From an uncultured Schlesneria sp. (GTDB lineage Bacteria; Planctomycetota; Planctomycetia; Planctomycetales; Planctomycetaceae): a stretch of DNA of 64,000 bases. The notes under the pieces were generated by a model. It had not been told where the DNA came from and did not search any database. It worked only from the letters and a program-made list of their open reading frames with translations. Positions 17,565 through 26,876 of this stretch are shown here, piece after piece. The stretch lies in contig CAIOKO010000070.1 of NCBI GenBank assembly GCA_903858935.1, positions 14,003-78,002 on the forward strand, read 5' to 3'. The translations under genes were made by a program, and so were the position numbers. How positions within the stretch are numbered: position 1 is the first letter of the stretch; the number at the start of each line of letters is the position of its first letter.

Positions 17565-18530
17565 TCAATGCGTCGGCAACCTGAGTTCGATTCCGTATCG
17601 GGGAGCGACTTCGATCAGTGTTTCAATTTCTGCCTTCGTGGGGGGCAATGCCGTTGTGGCTCCATCATCCAGCGGCACACCCACTTCGAAGAACATCTGC
17701 TCCAAACCGGCTGGTGCGACCACAATCAACATCCGGGCCGGTTTGTCGCTCTCATTCTTGAACGAATGCGGAGTCCCGACGGGCATATTGGCGAACGTAC
17801 CTGCTTTTGCCACGACCCGATCCACGCCGATCTGGAACGTGATCTCGCCTTCCAGAATATAAAAACCTTCTTCCTCGCGGCTGTGAACGTGTGGCGGTGG
17901 CCCTCCACCTGGAGGGACGATGGCTTCCCAGAACGCATATTTGCCGTTCGTATCGTCGGCCGTCGCCAGGAAGCGATAAACGTCGCCAACCACCGCGACG
18001 GTGCGACCCTCGGATGGCATCGTGACCTTGATATTTGGCGGTTGCTCGAAAGCCGACGCTGGTGGGTTCAGATCGATCCCGTATTTGGGTGCAGCTGACA
18101 TCATTCGAGCGATAAAGCTGGGGGGATCGAATGAAATCGGTGCATCGGGTCCTGGCAGCATTCCTCCAACCTCCGCCTGGAATTCGTCGAATCCTGCGGG
18201 AGCCACGAGAACAATGACTTCTGCCTCGACTGAACCGGAGTTTTTAAAGAAATGTGCCGTCCCAGCCCCGATGGCGATACAGCCATTCGCAGGGACGATC
18301 ACCGTCTCGTTTCCAGCAGTGAAACTCAGTTCTCCCCGGACTACAAAAAACGATTCTTCGAATGAATGTCGGTGCGGTTTAGGACCAGCCCCCACAGGAA
18401 CCCGACCCGTTGAGAAGGCGTAGCGACCTCCGGTGTCGGTACTCAAAGCCGTGTATCGAATGGGGGAACCGAGCCAGGAAATCCATGTTCCCTGCTGGTC
18501 GTTTACAATCAGAGCTTGACGCGTTTCCAT
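17565..18530 (-). CDS. Bicupin (quercetin 2,3-dioxygenase/QdoI-like)
   Basis: Two cupin repeats PKPHRHSFEE and PPPHVHSREEE, each ending in YGIxL. Confidence 0.87.
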   Translation of the reverse strand: METRQALIVNDQQGTWISWLGSPIRYTALSTDTGGRYAFSTGRVPVGAGPKPHRHSFEESFFVVRGELSFTAGNETVIVPANGCIAIGAGTAHFFKNSGSVEAEVIVLVAPAGFDEFQAEVGGMLPGPDAPISFDPPSFIARMMSAAPKYGIDLNPPASAFEQPPNIKVTMPSEGRTVAVVGDVYRFLATADDTNGKYAFWEAIVPPGGGPPPHVHSREEEGFYILEGEITFQIGVDRVVAKAGTFANMPVGTPHSFKNESDKPARMLIVVAPAGLEQMFFEVGVPLDDGATTALPPTKAEIETLIEVAPRYGIELRLPTH

Positions 18531-18611
18531 CTCATTACCTCGTGAAAGCATTCACTATGGATTTTTGATTCTTTCAAGAATGGATCGTACCCAAGAACAA
18601 TCGAATTCCGA

Positions 18612-18977
18612 TCATTTGCTTGATTTCAACTTGATCTTCTTCATGTGCTTTTTGCCCCAGTCACACATGATTTCGGTAATTGGACGAAGTGTCTCGCCAT
18701 ATTCGGTCAGTGAATATTCGACCTTGGGAGGCACTTCGGGATAAACCTCGCGGTGGACGATGCCGTCATGTTCGAGTTCCCGAAGCTGCTGCGTGAGCAT
18801 TCGCTCGCTGATGCCAGGGATCTTCCGCCGCAATTCAGCGAAGCGGTGCGTCCCTGAATGTGACAGATGGAACAGGATCACGACCTTCCACTTGCCGCCG
18901 ATCACGGACAGAGTTGCCTCGACCGGGCAGTTAAAGCCGGTGTCCGTACACTCAGAATCTTTGACGCTTACTTTCAT
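18612..18977 (-). CDS. HxlR family winged-helix transcriptional regulator
   Basis: [47 protein letters not shown]. Confidence 0.95.
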   Translation of the reverse strand: MKVSVKDSECTDTGFNCPVEATLSVIGGKWKVVILFHLSHSGTHRFAELRRKIPGISERMLTQQLRELEHDGIVHREVYPEVPPKVEYSLTEYGETLRPITEIMCDWGKKHMKKIKLKSSK

Positions 18978-18979
18978 GT

Positions 18980-19006
18980 AAGTACCCAACAATAAAATGC
19001 GTACTT
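18980..19006. promoter_or_regulatory. Possible HxlR operator AAGTAC-N15-GTACTT
   Basis: Inverted 6-bp arms immediately upstream of hxlR in the divergent promoter region. Confidence 0.4.
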
Positions 19007-19089
19007 GTTGATTGGAGTGCTGGATTCTACGATCCCGCCGAAGGAATGTCATCATCGTTCGTAGAACACGCAAGCAGGGAAACGGACAA

Positions 19090-19722
19090 ATGAAAATCGG
19101 CATTATTGGCTCCGGAAATATGGGAGCGAGTATGGGTAAGACCTGGGCCGGCAAGGGCCACGATGTTTTGTTCAGCTACTCTAAGAACCAGGACAAACTC
19201 AGGGCCATTGCCGCTGCAGCCGGTCCGACGGCAAGAATTGGAACACCCGTCGACGCCGTGGCGTTTGGAGACGTTGTCTTGCTGGCCGTGCCATGGGCAG
19301 CGGTCACAGACGCACTTCAGGCGGCGGGGCCGATCGGGGGAAAGATCCTCTTTTCATGCTGCAACTGCTTGAATCCCGACTTCAGCGGCCTGGTGCTTGG
19401 CACAACCACCTCGGCTGCCGAAGAAATCGAGAAACAAACTCCAGAAGCCAGAGTGGTCGAGGCGTTGCCTCCGATGGCACAAATCCTCGCGGCAGAAAGT
19501 CATCGCCTCTCCGGCGACCAGATCAGCACGTTCTATTGTGGCAATGATGCCGCTGCCAAATCTGTCGTCGCGTCACTGCTGCGCGACCTTGATCTCGAAC
19601 CCGTTGATGCGGGCCCGCTGACCAGTGCACGATTCATTGAACCCGCTGGTATGCTCAACGTTCAGTTATCCTACGGGATGGGACTGGGACCGTTCATCGC
19701 AACCAAAGTGTTACGTGGATAA
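19090..19722 (+). CDS. NADPH-dependent F420 reductase-like / NADP oxidoreductase
   Basis: [12 protein letters not shown] Rossmann motif, [36 protein letters not shown]. Confidence 0.88.
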   Translation: MKIGIIGSGNMGASMGKTWAGKGHDVLFSYSKNQDKLRAIAAAAGPTARIGTPVDAVAFGDVVLLAVPWAAVTDALQAAGPIGGKILFSCCNCLNPDFSGLVLGTTTSAAEEIEKQTPEARVVEALPPMAQILAAESHRLSGDQISTFYCGNDAAAKSVVASLLRDLDLEPVDAGPLTSARFIEPAGMLNVQLSYGMGLGPFIATKVLRG

Positions 19723-19754
19723 CCCGCCAGTTCCCTCAGCAAAGGAAAAAGCAA

Positions 19755-20054
19755 ATGCAATTCCTCGCCATCCTCAAAGTTAAGCCCGATGCGCCCCGGG
19801 AAACACTTGGTCCGCTGATCAAACCCGAAGCGTCACATGTCTGGGATATGACGACATCCGGTGTCGTTCGCTCAGTCCATTACATCAAAGGCCCAGTCGG
19901 AGCAGTCCTGATGCTCGAAGCGGTCGATGAACACGAGGCCGATGAGCACGTCAAGAAGTTGCCGATGGTTGAGCAGGGCTTACTGAGCGTGGAAATCCTG
20001 CCCCTGACGCCATTCACCGGCTTTGAGGCACTGTTCGCTACTCCCACAACCTGA
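19755..20054 (+). CDS. Muconolactone isomerase/YCII-like dimeric alpha/beta-barrel protein
   Basis: EA.HVW…SG.VR…GAVL.LEA…EA…..LP.V…L..VEI.PL.PF pattern; AAGGA RBS. Confidence 0.7.
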   Translation: MQFLAILKVKPDAPRETLGPLIKPEASHVWDMTTSGVVRSVHYIKGPVGAVLMLEAVDEHEADEHVKKLPMVEQGLLSVEILPLTPFTGFEALFATPTT

Positions 20055-20072
20055 CATACAGGAGTTTGTCCG

Positions 20073-20783
20073 ATGAATGTGCTGATTGTTTATGCTCATG
20101 AAGAACCGAAGTCATTCAATGGGGCCATGCGAGATACGGCTGTTCGAGTCCTTCAGGAAGCAGGGCATACCGTCGAAGTCTCCGACCTTTATGCCATGAA
20201 TTTCAATCCCGTCGGTGGGAAGCATGACTTCACCGCATTGGCCGACCCGGACTATTTCAAATATGGCATCGAGCAGACGAAGGCGAGCGAAGCCAAAACG
20301 TTCTCAGCGGACGTCGCTGGCGAGCAAGAAAAACTGCTTCGGGCCGACCTGCTGATCTTTCAATTCCCGCTGTGGTGGTTCGGTCTTCCGGCGATTATGA
20401 AGGGATGGGTGGACCGGGTATTCGCTGCGGGCCTGACCTATGGGGGTGGTCGGTGGTACTCCAACGGCATCTTCAAAGGCAAGCGGGCGATGGTCAGTTT
20501 GACGACGGGTGGCGGGCCAACGATTTACAGTCCGACAGGATTAAACGGCGAAATGGACTCGCTGCTGTTCCCGATCCAGCATGGGATGTTTTACTTCCTG
20601 GGTTTCGATGTACTTCCGCCGTTGGTTGCCTGGTCTGTCGCAAGAAGTTCGCAAGAGCAGCGGGAAGAATATCTGCGGGAATATGCCGAACGGCTCCGTA
20701 ACTGGCGTACTACCGAGACAATCCATTTCCCAACGCTTGACGAATACGACGAGACAATGCAATTGAAACCAGGATTGGACTAA
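20073..20783 (+). CDS. NAD(P)H:quinone oxidoreductase (flavodoxin-2 fold, MdaB/NQO1-like)
   Basis: AHEEPKSFN, SDLYAMNFNP, QFPLWWFGLPAIMKGWVDRVF. Confidence 0.95.
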   Translation: MNVLIVYAHEEPKSFNGAMRDTAVRVLQEAGHTVEVSDLYAMNFNPVGGKHDFTALADPDYFKYGIEQTKASEAKTFSADVAGEQEKLLRADLLIFQFPLWWFGLPAIMKGWVDRVFAAGLTYGGGRWYSNGIFKGKRAMVSLTTGGGPTIYSPTGLNGEMDSLLFPIQHGMFYFLGFDVLPPLVAWSVARSSQEQREEYLREYAERLRNWRTTETIHFPTLDEYDETMQLKPGLD

Positions 20784-20876
20784 ACACGGAGCACGAACAC
20801 TGACGCAAGATGCATTCGTAAGGAGGGGCTGGCCGATCAATCCCGCGGAGCTCATTCGCGTCTATCTGAGAGGAGA

Positions 20877-21293
20877 ATGAGTAGCCGAAGCGACGCAGCC
20901 GTTCACATGAACGATCATCTCATTGGTTTGATTGGGATTAAGATGTACCAGGTCAAAGTTCGAGAGGTTGATGTCGAATGGACCCCGCTGGAAATTCCGG
21001 GAGTCCGTATGAAGGTGCTGCATAAAGAAATTACGAGCGGAGCCATGACGGTCATGACTCACATGGACGCTGGAGCAGTCATTCCGGCACACTGGCATTC
21101 GAAAGCCGATGAGATGGTCTATGTTCTGGAAGGAGATTTCGTGGAAGATGGCGTGAGCTACGAGCGAGGTTCGTATTTCCAGGGGAAGGCCCAAACCACG
21201 CATGGCCCTCACACTTCAGTACACGGTTGCACCGTCCTGACGCATTTCAGCGCCGAGTTGGATTTCCAGACAGGCCCTGTGTTCGCATCGTGA
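20877..21293 (+). CDS. ChrR-like cupin domain protein
   Basis: PAHWH…E.VYVLEG and HGPHT cupin motifs; start may be later (~20943). Confidence 0.8.
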   Translation: MSSRSDAAVHMNDHLIGLIGIKMYQVKVREVDVEWTPLEIPGVRMKVLHKEITSGAMTVMTHMDAGAVIPAHWHSKADEMVYVLEGDFVEDGVSYERGSYFQGKAQTTHGPHTSVHGCTVLTHFSAELDFQTGPVFAS

Positions 21294-21401
21294 GAAACAA
21301 ACTTGTCCAACCAATTACCCGAAACTGTTGACGTCTTCGTCAGTGATGTCAGGACAAAAGACCATCAGGAACATTTTTGAAACGCGAATTCGTGGGGCGC
21401 T

Positions 21402-22082
21402 ATGTTTAAACTCAATGATGTCGTTCCATGGGGTCGTTCTCTGGATGAATACCAGCGCATGTTTGCCCTGACGGGTGCAGATCTGTGCCGTCGTACCCTG
21501 GGTTGTGCGGATGGACCGGCGAGCTTCAACGCCGAGGCGACGGCAGTTGGTTGTTCAATCGTCTCGTGCGATCCTCTTTATCGGTTTCGCGGCGACGAGA
21601 TTAGAAATCGGATCGATCAGACTTTTCTGACGGTGATGGAACAAACCCGAAAGAACGCTGACGAATTTGTGTGGACGTCCGACCTCCCTGACGTCGAAGC
21701 ACTCGGACAGCGACGAATGTCGACCATGATGACGTTTCTCAATGATTACGATGCAGGGAAGGCTTCTGACCGGTACGTGGATGCCGAACTTCCTCATTTG
21801 CCATTCGCCGACAACAGCTTTGAGATTGCCGTCTGCTCGCACTTTCTCTTTCTTTACAGCGAACATCTCTCCGAAGGATTCCACGTTGAATCGATCCTGG
21901 AACTTTGCCGAGTGAGCCAGGAAGTCCGCATTTTTCCACTGCTCAAGCTTGGCGGCCTTCCGTCTCAACATCTTCCCGCCGTCACGAATCAACTGCGAGA
22001 GACAGGGCTCAATTTCGAAATCAAGAAAGTTGACTACGAGTTTCAGCGTGGCGGAAATGAAATGATGCACGTGTGGCATTGA
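21402..22082 (+). CDS. Class I SAM-dependent methyltransferase
   Basis: VVPWGRSLDEYQRMF, LGCADGPASFNAE, LPFADNSFEIAVCSHFLF. Confidence 0.88.
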   Translation: MFKLNDVVPWGRSLDEYQRMFALTGADLCRRTLGCADGPASFNAEATAVGCSIVSCDPLYRFRGDEIRNRIDQTFLTVMEQTRKNADEFVWTSDLPDVEALGQRRMSTMMTFLNDYDAGKASDRYVDAELPHLPFADNSFEIAVCSHFLFLYSEHLSEGFHVESILELCRVSQEVRIFPLLKLGGLPSQHLPAVTNQLRETGLNFEIKKVDYEFQRGGNEMMHVWH

Positions 22083-22187
22083 TGGATTTGCGAAATATTA
22101 CGAACACGTCGCACATGCTTTTCGAGGATCGACTCTTCGACCGGAGTTAACCTATTAATCCCTTCGCCAGCATCGAAACACGTTCGG

Positions 22188-22583
22188 TCACAGCTCAACC
22201 TTGTAGTCCAGAACAATCTCGTCGCCGGTTTGTCCTCGAAAACCCCAGTTGTGCTTTGGGGTTTCTGTGATCGTGATTTCTAGATCGGCAGGTGCAATTC
22301 CCACATCACGGCTAATGTTTTTGAAAAGCAGGTGGATCAAGTGCTTTTTGGTTTCGACTGATCTCCCTTCGAACATGCTGATTTCGATGATCGTGTATGC
22401 GTCTGTTCGCCCTTGTCCTGCGGGTCTATAAAAATCGGAACGATCCATCGGAAAGAAGCGGTGGGCCTTCTTGTCTGTCGGAAAATGCAACGCCTCGACC
22501 ACACACGAATGAATGACCTCTGAAAGCTTGGGCTTAACTGGATTTAACATCTCAGCAATGCCGTAAATCTTGATTTGAGCCAT
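22188..22583 (-). CDS. Tautomerase family protein
   Basis: MAQIKIYG, ALHFPTDKKAHRF, IIEISMFEGRSVETKK, ETPKHNWGFRG. Confidence 0.88.
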   Translation of the reverse strand: MAQIKIYGIAEMLNPVKPKLSEVIHSCVVEALHFPTDKKAHRFFPMDRSDFYRPAGQGRTDAYTIIEISMFEGRSVETKKHLIHLLFKNISRDVGIAPADLEITITETPKHNWGFRGQTGDEIVLDYKVEL

Positions 22584-22705
22584 TTGAGTTATTCACCTTT
22601 TAAATGAGTTGAGTCGCGCGTCACGGGCATTGCGAATGAATTATCGTTTGTTATTTTGTCATCCGCATCAGGCGTTCGAAACCATTTCGATACCAACCGT
22701 CGCGA

Positions 22706-23158
22706 TTAAGAATTTGTCATCAAGCGCATCGCTGTCATTTCAGACTCGATAAACCCGTGACGTCCGTAGAACCGAATTGCTCCGGCGTTCAGCTTGTCAG
22801 TCAACAGTGTGATGCGTGAGAAACCGTGAGAGCGTGCGTAGTCGATGGCGCTCTGCAATAACCGAGAACCAAGTCCGCCGCCGCGCCGGTCGGGGCGAAC
22901 GACCATATCTTCCAGCCAGCAGACGGGACCACCTTCGGCCGTACTGACGGTGAATAACAGGCTGACCATTCCGACAACCTGATCGCCGTCTCGTGCCGCA
23001 AGAATGACACCAACGTGAGCCGATTCGATGATAAGTCTTAACCCTATTTCCTGTTTCTCTTGATCAGGCTCAAAATCGGCTTCTTGCTTGAACAGCAGAT
23101 TCAGCAGGCCTGCCAATTGCGGCACATCGCATACAGTGGCTCGTGTGATGACTTCCAT
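22706..23158 (-). CDS. GNAT family N-acetyltransferase
   Basis: LEDMVVRPDRRGGGLGSRLL acetyl-CoA binding motif. Confidence 0.92.
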   Translation of the reverse strand: MEVITRATVCDVPQLAGLLNLLFKQEADFEPDQEKQEIGLRLIIESAHVGVILAARDGDQVVGMVSLLFTVSTAEGGPVCWLEDMVVRPDRRGGGLGSRLLQSAIDYARSHGFSRITLLTDKLNAGAIRFYGRHGFIESEMTAMRLMTNS

Positions 23159-23233
23159 GAAATCCTCAGCTTTCCCAACGGACTCGGCTCTACAAATCGG
23201 TGACCTGTTCCCATTGTGTTCGGTGCAATTCCG

Positions 23234-24538
23234 TTATGCTTGTACCGCATTCCAGATCGGCTGAATGGTTCCATAGGTCATTGACCGCCATAGCCATTCG
23301 ATCGGACCGAAACGAAAATATCTTAGCCACAGCGGGCTGTACCAGAGTTGCAAGCACCAGACTGCTACCACAATCCCGTAGAGCTGAACTCGGTCAAAGG
23401 CCCCGTAGAAGCCGAATCCGTATCCATTGAAGAATGTCGTGCAGAGCAATGATTGCATCAGGTAATTCGTCAGTGCCATTCGTCCGACCGCTGCCAGTCG
23501 ACAAGTGAGCCAGGCGAACAATCCCGCTTTGTAGATCAACATGACGACCGCGATATGTCCCAGTGCAACCAAAAGACTGCCGAAGAAATTGATCTGGAAA
23601 CAGCTGCCGAACAGGGTCACGACATCGAAGTCGTTTTGGATCAAGCGGTTGGCAGCGAACGCGACGATCGGCCAGCCCATGCCATAACCAAAGAGTGCAA
23701 GCAGTCGGTAGTATCGCAAGGAACGAGTCGCCGAGAAGACGCCCAACTTCATCAAAGCCATACCGATCAACATTCGACCTGTAATGGTCCAGACAAAGGC
23801 GCTGCCAAACACCGTGGTCTGGACTCCGAACGCTTCTGGCGCATTTTTGACGACCAGTCTCCAGTAAGACGACTCTCGGTTTCCCTTGATCGTTTCCGAG
23901 ACTTCGCTGGCCGTCGGATGAAAAGCCTTGCGGATGCCGTTCCAGCCTTCGGCCAGTTCCTTGTCCTTAGCGGAAATGGGTTGGCGGTTTTGCTCGGCTG
24001 CCTGAACTCGAACCGATGCGTCACGAAACGATTGAAACAGCCCGGCAACCGCAGCTGTCAGAGGTACCGAGGGGAGCGTAAGAAGCACTGCAATGACCAC
24101 GAGCGTTCGAGGTGAGAGTTTTCGAAATGGGTAGGCGAGCATTCCACAGAGGGCATACGAGACGAGGATGTCGCCGTCCCAGATCAGGTAAGCGTGAATC
24201 AGGCCGATGACCAGAAGGATGCCGACCCGCCGATAGTACAGCATCGTGGACGACTTTCCTTGTTGAGTTGTTCGATCGGTCATCAAGACAAGACCCGCAC
24301 CGAACAGCATTGAAAAGATCGTGATCATCTTTTCATCAAACAAGAAATAACCGACGAGCCAGGCGACGTAGTTCACACCTGTAAAGCCGCCAGCGACGTT
24401 CGGATTGAGTCGTGCCGTGCCAGGAAGTCCCAGCGAAAGGATGTTCATCGTCAAGATGCCACACAGGGCAAAGCCTCGAAGAACGTCGATCGAAGCCTGT
24501 CGTTCAGATGAAGTCACGGGAGCAGCTTGTTCACTCAA
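23234..24538 (-). CDS. DUF418 (YeiB-like) membrane protein
   Basis: IDVLRGFALCGIL.MNI, K..TIFSMLFGAG, GRMALTNYLMQS, GPIEWLWR. Confidence 0.93.
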   Translation of the reverse strand: MSEQAAPVTSSERQASIDVLRGFALCGILTMNILSLGLPGTARLNPNVAGGFTGVNYVAWLVGYFLFDEKMITIFSMLFGAGLVLMTDRTTQQGKSSTMLYYRRVGILLVIGLIHAYLIWDGDILVSYALCGMLAYPFRKLSPRTLVVIAVLLTLPSVPLTAAVAGLFQSFRDASVRVQAAEQNRQPISAKDKELAEGWNGIRKAFHPTASEVSETIKGNRESSYWRLVVKNAPEAFGVQTTVFGSAFVWTITGRMLIGMALMKLGVFSATRSLRYYRLLALFGYGMGWPIVAFAANRLIQNDFDVVTLFGSCFQINFFGSLLVALGHIAVVMLIYKAGLFAWLTCRLAAVGRMALTNYLMQSLLCTTFFNGYGFGFYGAFDRVQLYGIVVAVWCLQLWYSPLWLRYFRFGPIEWLWRSMTYGTIQPIWNAVQA

Positions 24539-24687
24539 GATTCATTCCTTCGCTTCGGCAGAAATCGTACGGAACGTAGCGCTGTCCATGAAGGAGGTAA
24601 CTTCTCATAAAGTGACCACATCAGGCACGAGAGATTCAAACATTGGACGTCTTCTTCAATTCCCCATGCTTGCAAGCCGATTTTCAT
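24535..24687 (-). pseudogene. Possible N-terminal remnant of a GT1-type glycosyltransferase
   Basis: MKIGLQAWGIEEDVQ resembles the MKIxLxTWGxxGDxxP start of such enzymes; decays after ~15 codons. Confidence 0.4.
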
Positions 24688-24872
24688 TTTTTCGCGTCCG
24701 TGTGAAGTGAAATCCATTTAATGAACGAGGCTTCCCCTGTAAAGGAAAGCCGATCACTTGCCAATTGAGTCCGTTTCACCGTGTAATCCCGGTGCGAAAG
24801 AAAGCGCAGATATTGCTTCGAGTTAAGCATGACAGGGATGATTGATTGACTACAAGAGCGAGTTGGCCAGGG

Positions 24873-25067
24873 ATGTCGATGTGCGACACATGCCGCAACG
24901 GACGAGAGGTCCGCACGGCACGCTCGCGCTTCCTGCTGTGTGAATTATCCGCCAGCCTGAATCACTATCCCAAGTATCCTCCACAGCCGATAATTCGTTG
25001 CGATGGATATGCGCATTCGGACGAACCAGATGAATTGAACGCGTCTCCAGAGACGGAAAAACAATAG
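24873..25067 (+). CDS. Small four-cysteine hypothetical protein
   Basis: MCDTC…SRFLLC…YPKYPPQPIIRCDGY; 10 bp upstream of the ferritin-like gene. Confidence 0.65.
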   Translation: MSMCDTCRNGREVRTARSRFLLCELSASLNHYPKYPPQPIIRCDGYAHSDEPDELNASPETEKQ

Positions 25068-25077
25068 AGGCCGAGCA

Positions 25078-25647
25078 TTGAACTTGAGTCATCCAAAACT
25101 GGTCAAGCTGCTTCAGCTCGCCTATTCCGCTGAGAAAGCTGCTGCCTTTGCCTACATCGGCCACGCCGGTTCCGTAAGGAATCCGGAACAGAAAGCTGCG
25201 ATCAGGCAGATCGAACTGGATGAATGGCGGCACCGGGAAACGGTTCTCTCGATTATGCAGCAATATGAGATTGCTCCGTCACGTTACAACGAGATCAAGT
25301 ATCACATTATTGGCAGAATCATCTCGTTCAGTTGCTATGTGATCGGCTGGTTCATGCCGTACTACTTCGCCGGACGTCTGGAAAGCGGAAACGTCTGTGA
25401 GTATTTCATCATGATGAGATATTTCCACGAAGTCGGGATTACGGCCCACGACGACGAGTTGTACGAAATGGGGATGAAAGAGAAGGAGCACGAGGTCTAT
25501 TTTCAGAAAAGTCTCGAGAACAATCCGCTGCTACCGCTATTCGAAAGAATTTTCGGCTGGGGAAAGAAAAGCAGTTTGAATAATGTCGATTTGGAGAACA
25601 AGTATTCGGTTAACGAGTCCAACGCCTATTGCAAACACCGAAAGTAG
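25078..25647 (+). CDS. Ferritin-like (COQ7/demethoxyubiquinone hydroxylase-like) diiron protein
   Basis: E(YSAEKAA)…DEWRH…E(GRLESG)…KEKEH diiron carboxylate pattern. Confidence 0.82.
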   Translation: MNLSHPKLVKLLQLAYSAEKAAAFAYIGHAGSVRNPEQKAAIRQIELDEWRHRETVLSIMQQYEIAPSRYNEIKYHIIGRIISFSCYVIGWFMPYYFAGRLESGNVCEYFIMMRYFHEVGITAHDDELYEMGMKEKEHEVYFQKSLENNPLLPLFERIFGWGKKSSLNNVDLENKYSVNESNAYCKHRK

Positions 25648-25651
25648 GCTG

Positions 25652-26356
25652 ATGATGAGTAATACTTTTACGCCCGGTCCTTCTCCGAATACCGTGCGTG
25701 ACGCCAATGGAAAAGTACTAACGGTGCCGGAAGGCTGGGTCCTGTTACCTCCTGGTGACGCGGCACTGACTCGTCGCGTGAAGGCTGCTGGTGATCATTG
25801 GGTTGTCGCCGAGAAGAAGGGCCGGAAGGTTTTTTCGCGAGGAGTCTGGACCCTGGCAGCCACTGTTGAGTCGATTCGAGGTGATCTTGAAGCGGAACGA
25901 TCCACTGAGAGTTTTGCCAGAAAGAAAGAGGCCGATGCCCGACGCCGGGAAAAGGTCCAGTCGGAGTACGTCGAAGATTTCCTGGGGGCGGTCGTCACAT
26001 TTCTGGGATTTCACGAAACGTATGCTGAACTCGCTGACCGTCTCGCGAAGGCCGTCACCGAACATGCCACGCCGGTCGGCAGCGGCACGGTCGCTCGCAC
26101 AAAACGAATCCCGGTCGAGCAGCGAGCCGAAGCAGCCGTCATCGCCTGGATGCGTCATCAGACGACCGGATACGACAACATGCACATCCCCAGGGAAAAG
26201 GGCAAACGCCGGGAAGTCCGGCGCATGTTGGCTCAACGATCGCATCAACTGCTTGAGCAATATCGTCAGGGTGCCCCGATTTCGAAATCGTGCCCGCTGA
26301 TGAAGGCGTTATGCTCTGGAGTCGGGTATTTAGATATCAAAGTCGTGCAGGGTTGA
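25652..26356 (+). CDS. DUF2293 domain protein
   Basis: PEGWVLLPPGDAALTRRVK, ATPVGSGTVART, AAVIAWMRHQTTGYD. Confidence 0.88.
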   Translation: MMSNTFTPGPSPNTVRDANGKVLTVPEGWVLLPPGDAALTRRVKAAGDHWVVAEKKGRKVFSRGVWTLAATVESIRGDLEAERSTESFARKKEADARRREKVQSEYVEDFLGAVVTFLGFHETYAELADRLAKAVTEHATPVGSGTVARTKRIPVEQRAEAAVIAWMRHQTTGYDNMHIPREKGKRREVRRMLAQRSHQLLEQYRQGAPISKSCPLMKALCSGVGYLDIKVVQG

Positions 26357-26413
26357 TTGCATGCCGACTGACGAGCCGAACTTGCGGCGGGAAGTGAGGT
26401 ATCGGGAGATGAA

Positions 26414-26821
26414 ATGAACTCGGAGATCAGACCCCATGTTGAGAAAAGTGGTCCCGGTAAGTTGGATGAGATGATGGAGCGCATTGCGCGCGTAGTGCTT
26501 GTCAGCGTTAGTGGATGCTTTGTTTGGGCAATCCACTCCGGGGACATGTTTCTAATTTGTTTGGCACTGATCGTCGGTGGCTGGCTCGGCCTGTTCACTA
26601 GCCTTGTAGCGGGTCTTTCAATTCCTGATATCACGATGACAATTGGAGCCGCCACCGGGGTGCTTGAGGGAGCCATCCGGGGATTCACTGCGTATGGGTG
26701 GATCGGCGCAGTCTTTTTGGCGCCGCTTGGACTGGTGGTGGGGATCATTGCATCTATTCCATCGATGGTGGTAATCATCTTGATCCTCTGTCTTGCAACC
26801 GGCCGTGGACCTGACAAATGA
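26414..26821 (+). CDS. Hypothetical membrane protein
   Basis: ATG ORF with several hydrophobic segments; GGGAG RBS. Confidence 0.45.
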   Translation: MNSEIRPHVEKSGPGKLDEMMERIARVVLVSVSGCFVWAIHSGDMFLICLALIVGGWLGLFTSLVAGLSIPDITMTIGAATGVLEGAIRGFTAYGWIGAVFLAPLGLVVGIIASIPSMVVIILILCLATGRGPDK

Positions 26822-26876
26822 GCGATCATTTTCCATTCCGTCACACACCGAACGCCCGACCCCCTCTTCGTTTGAA

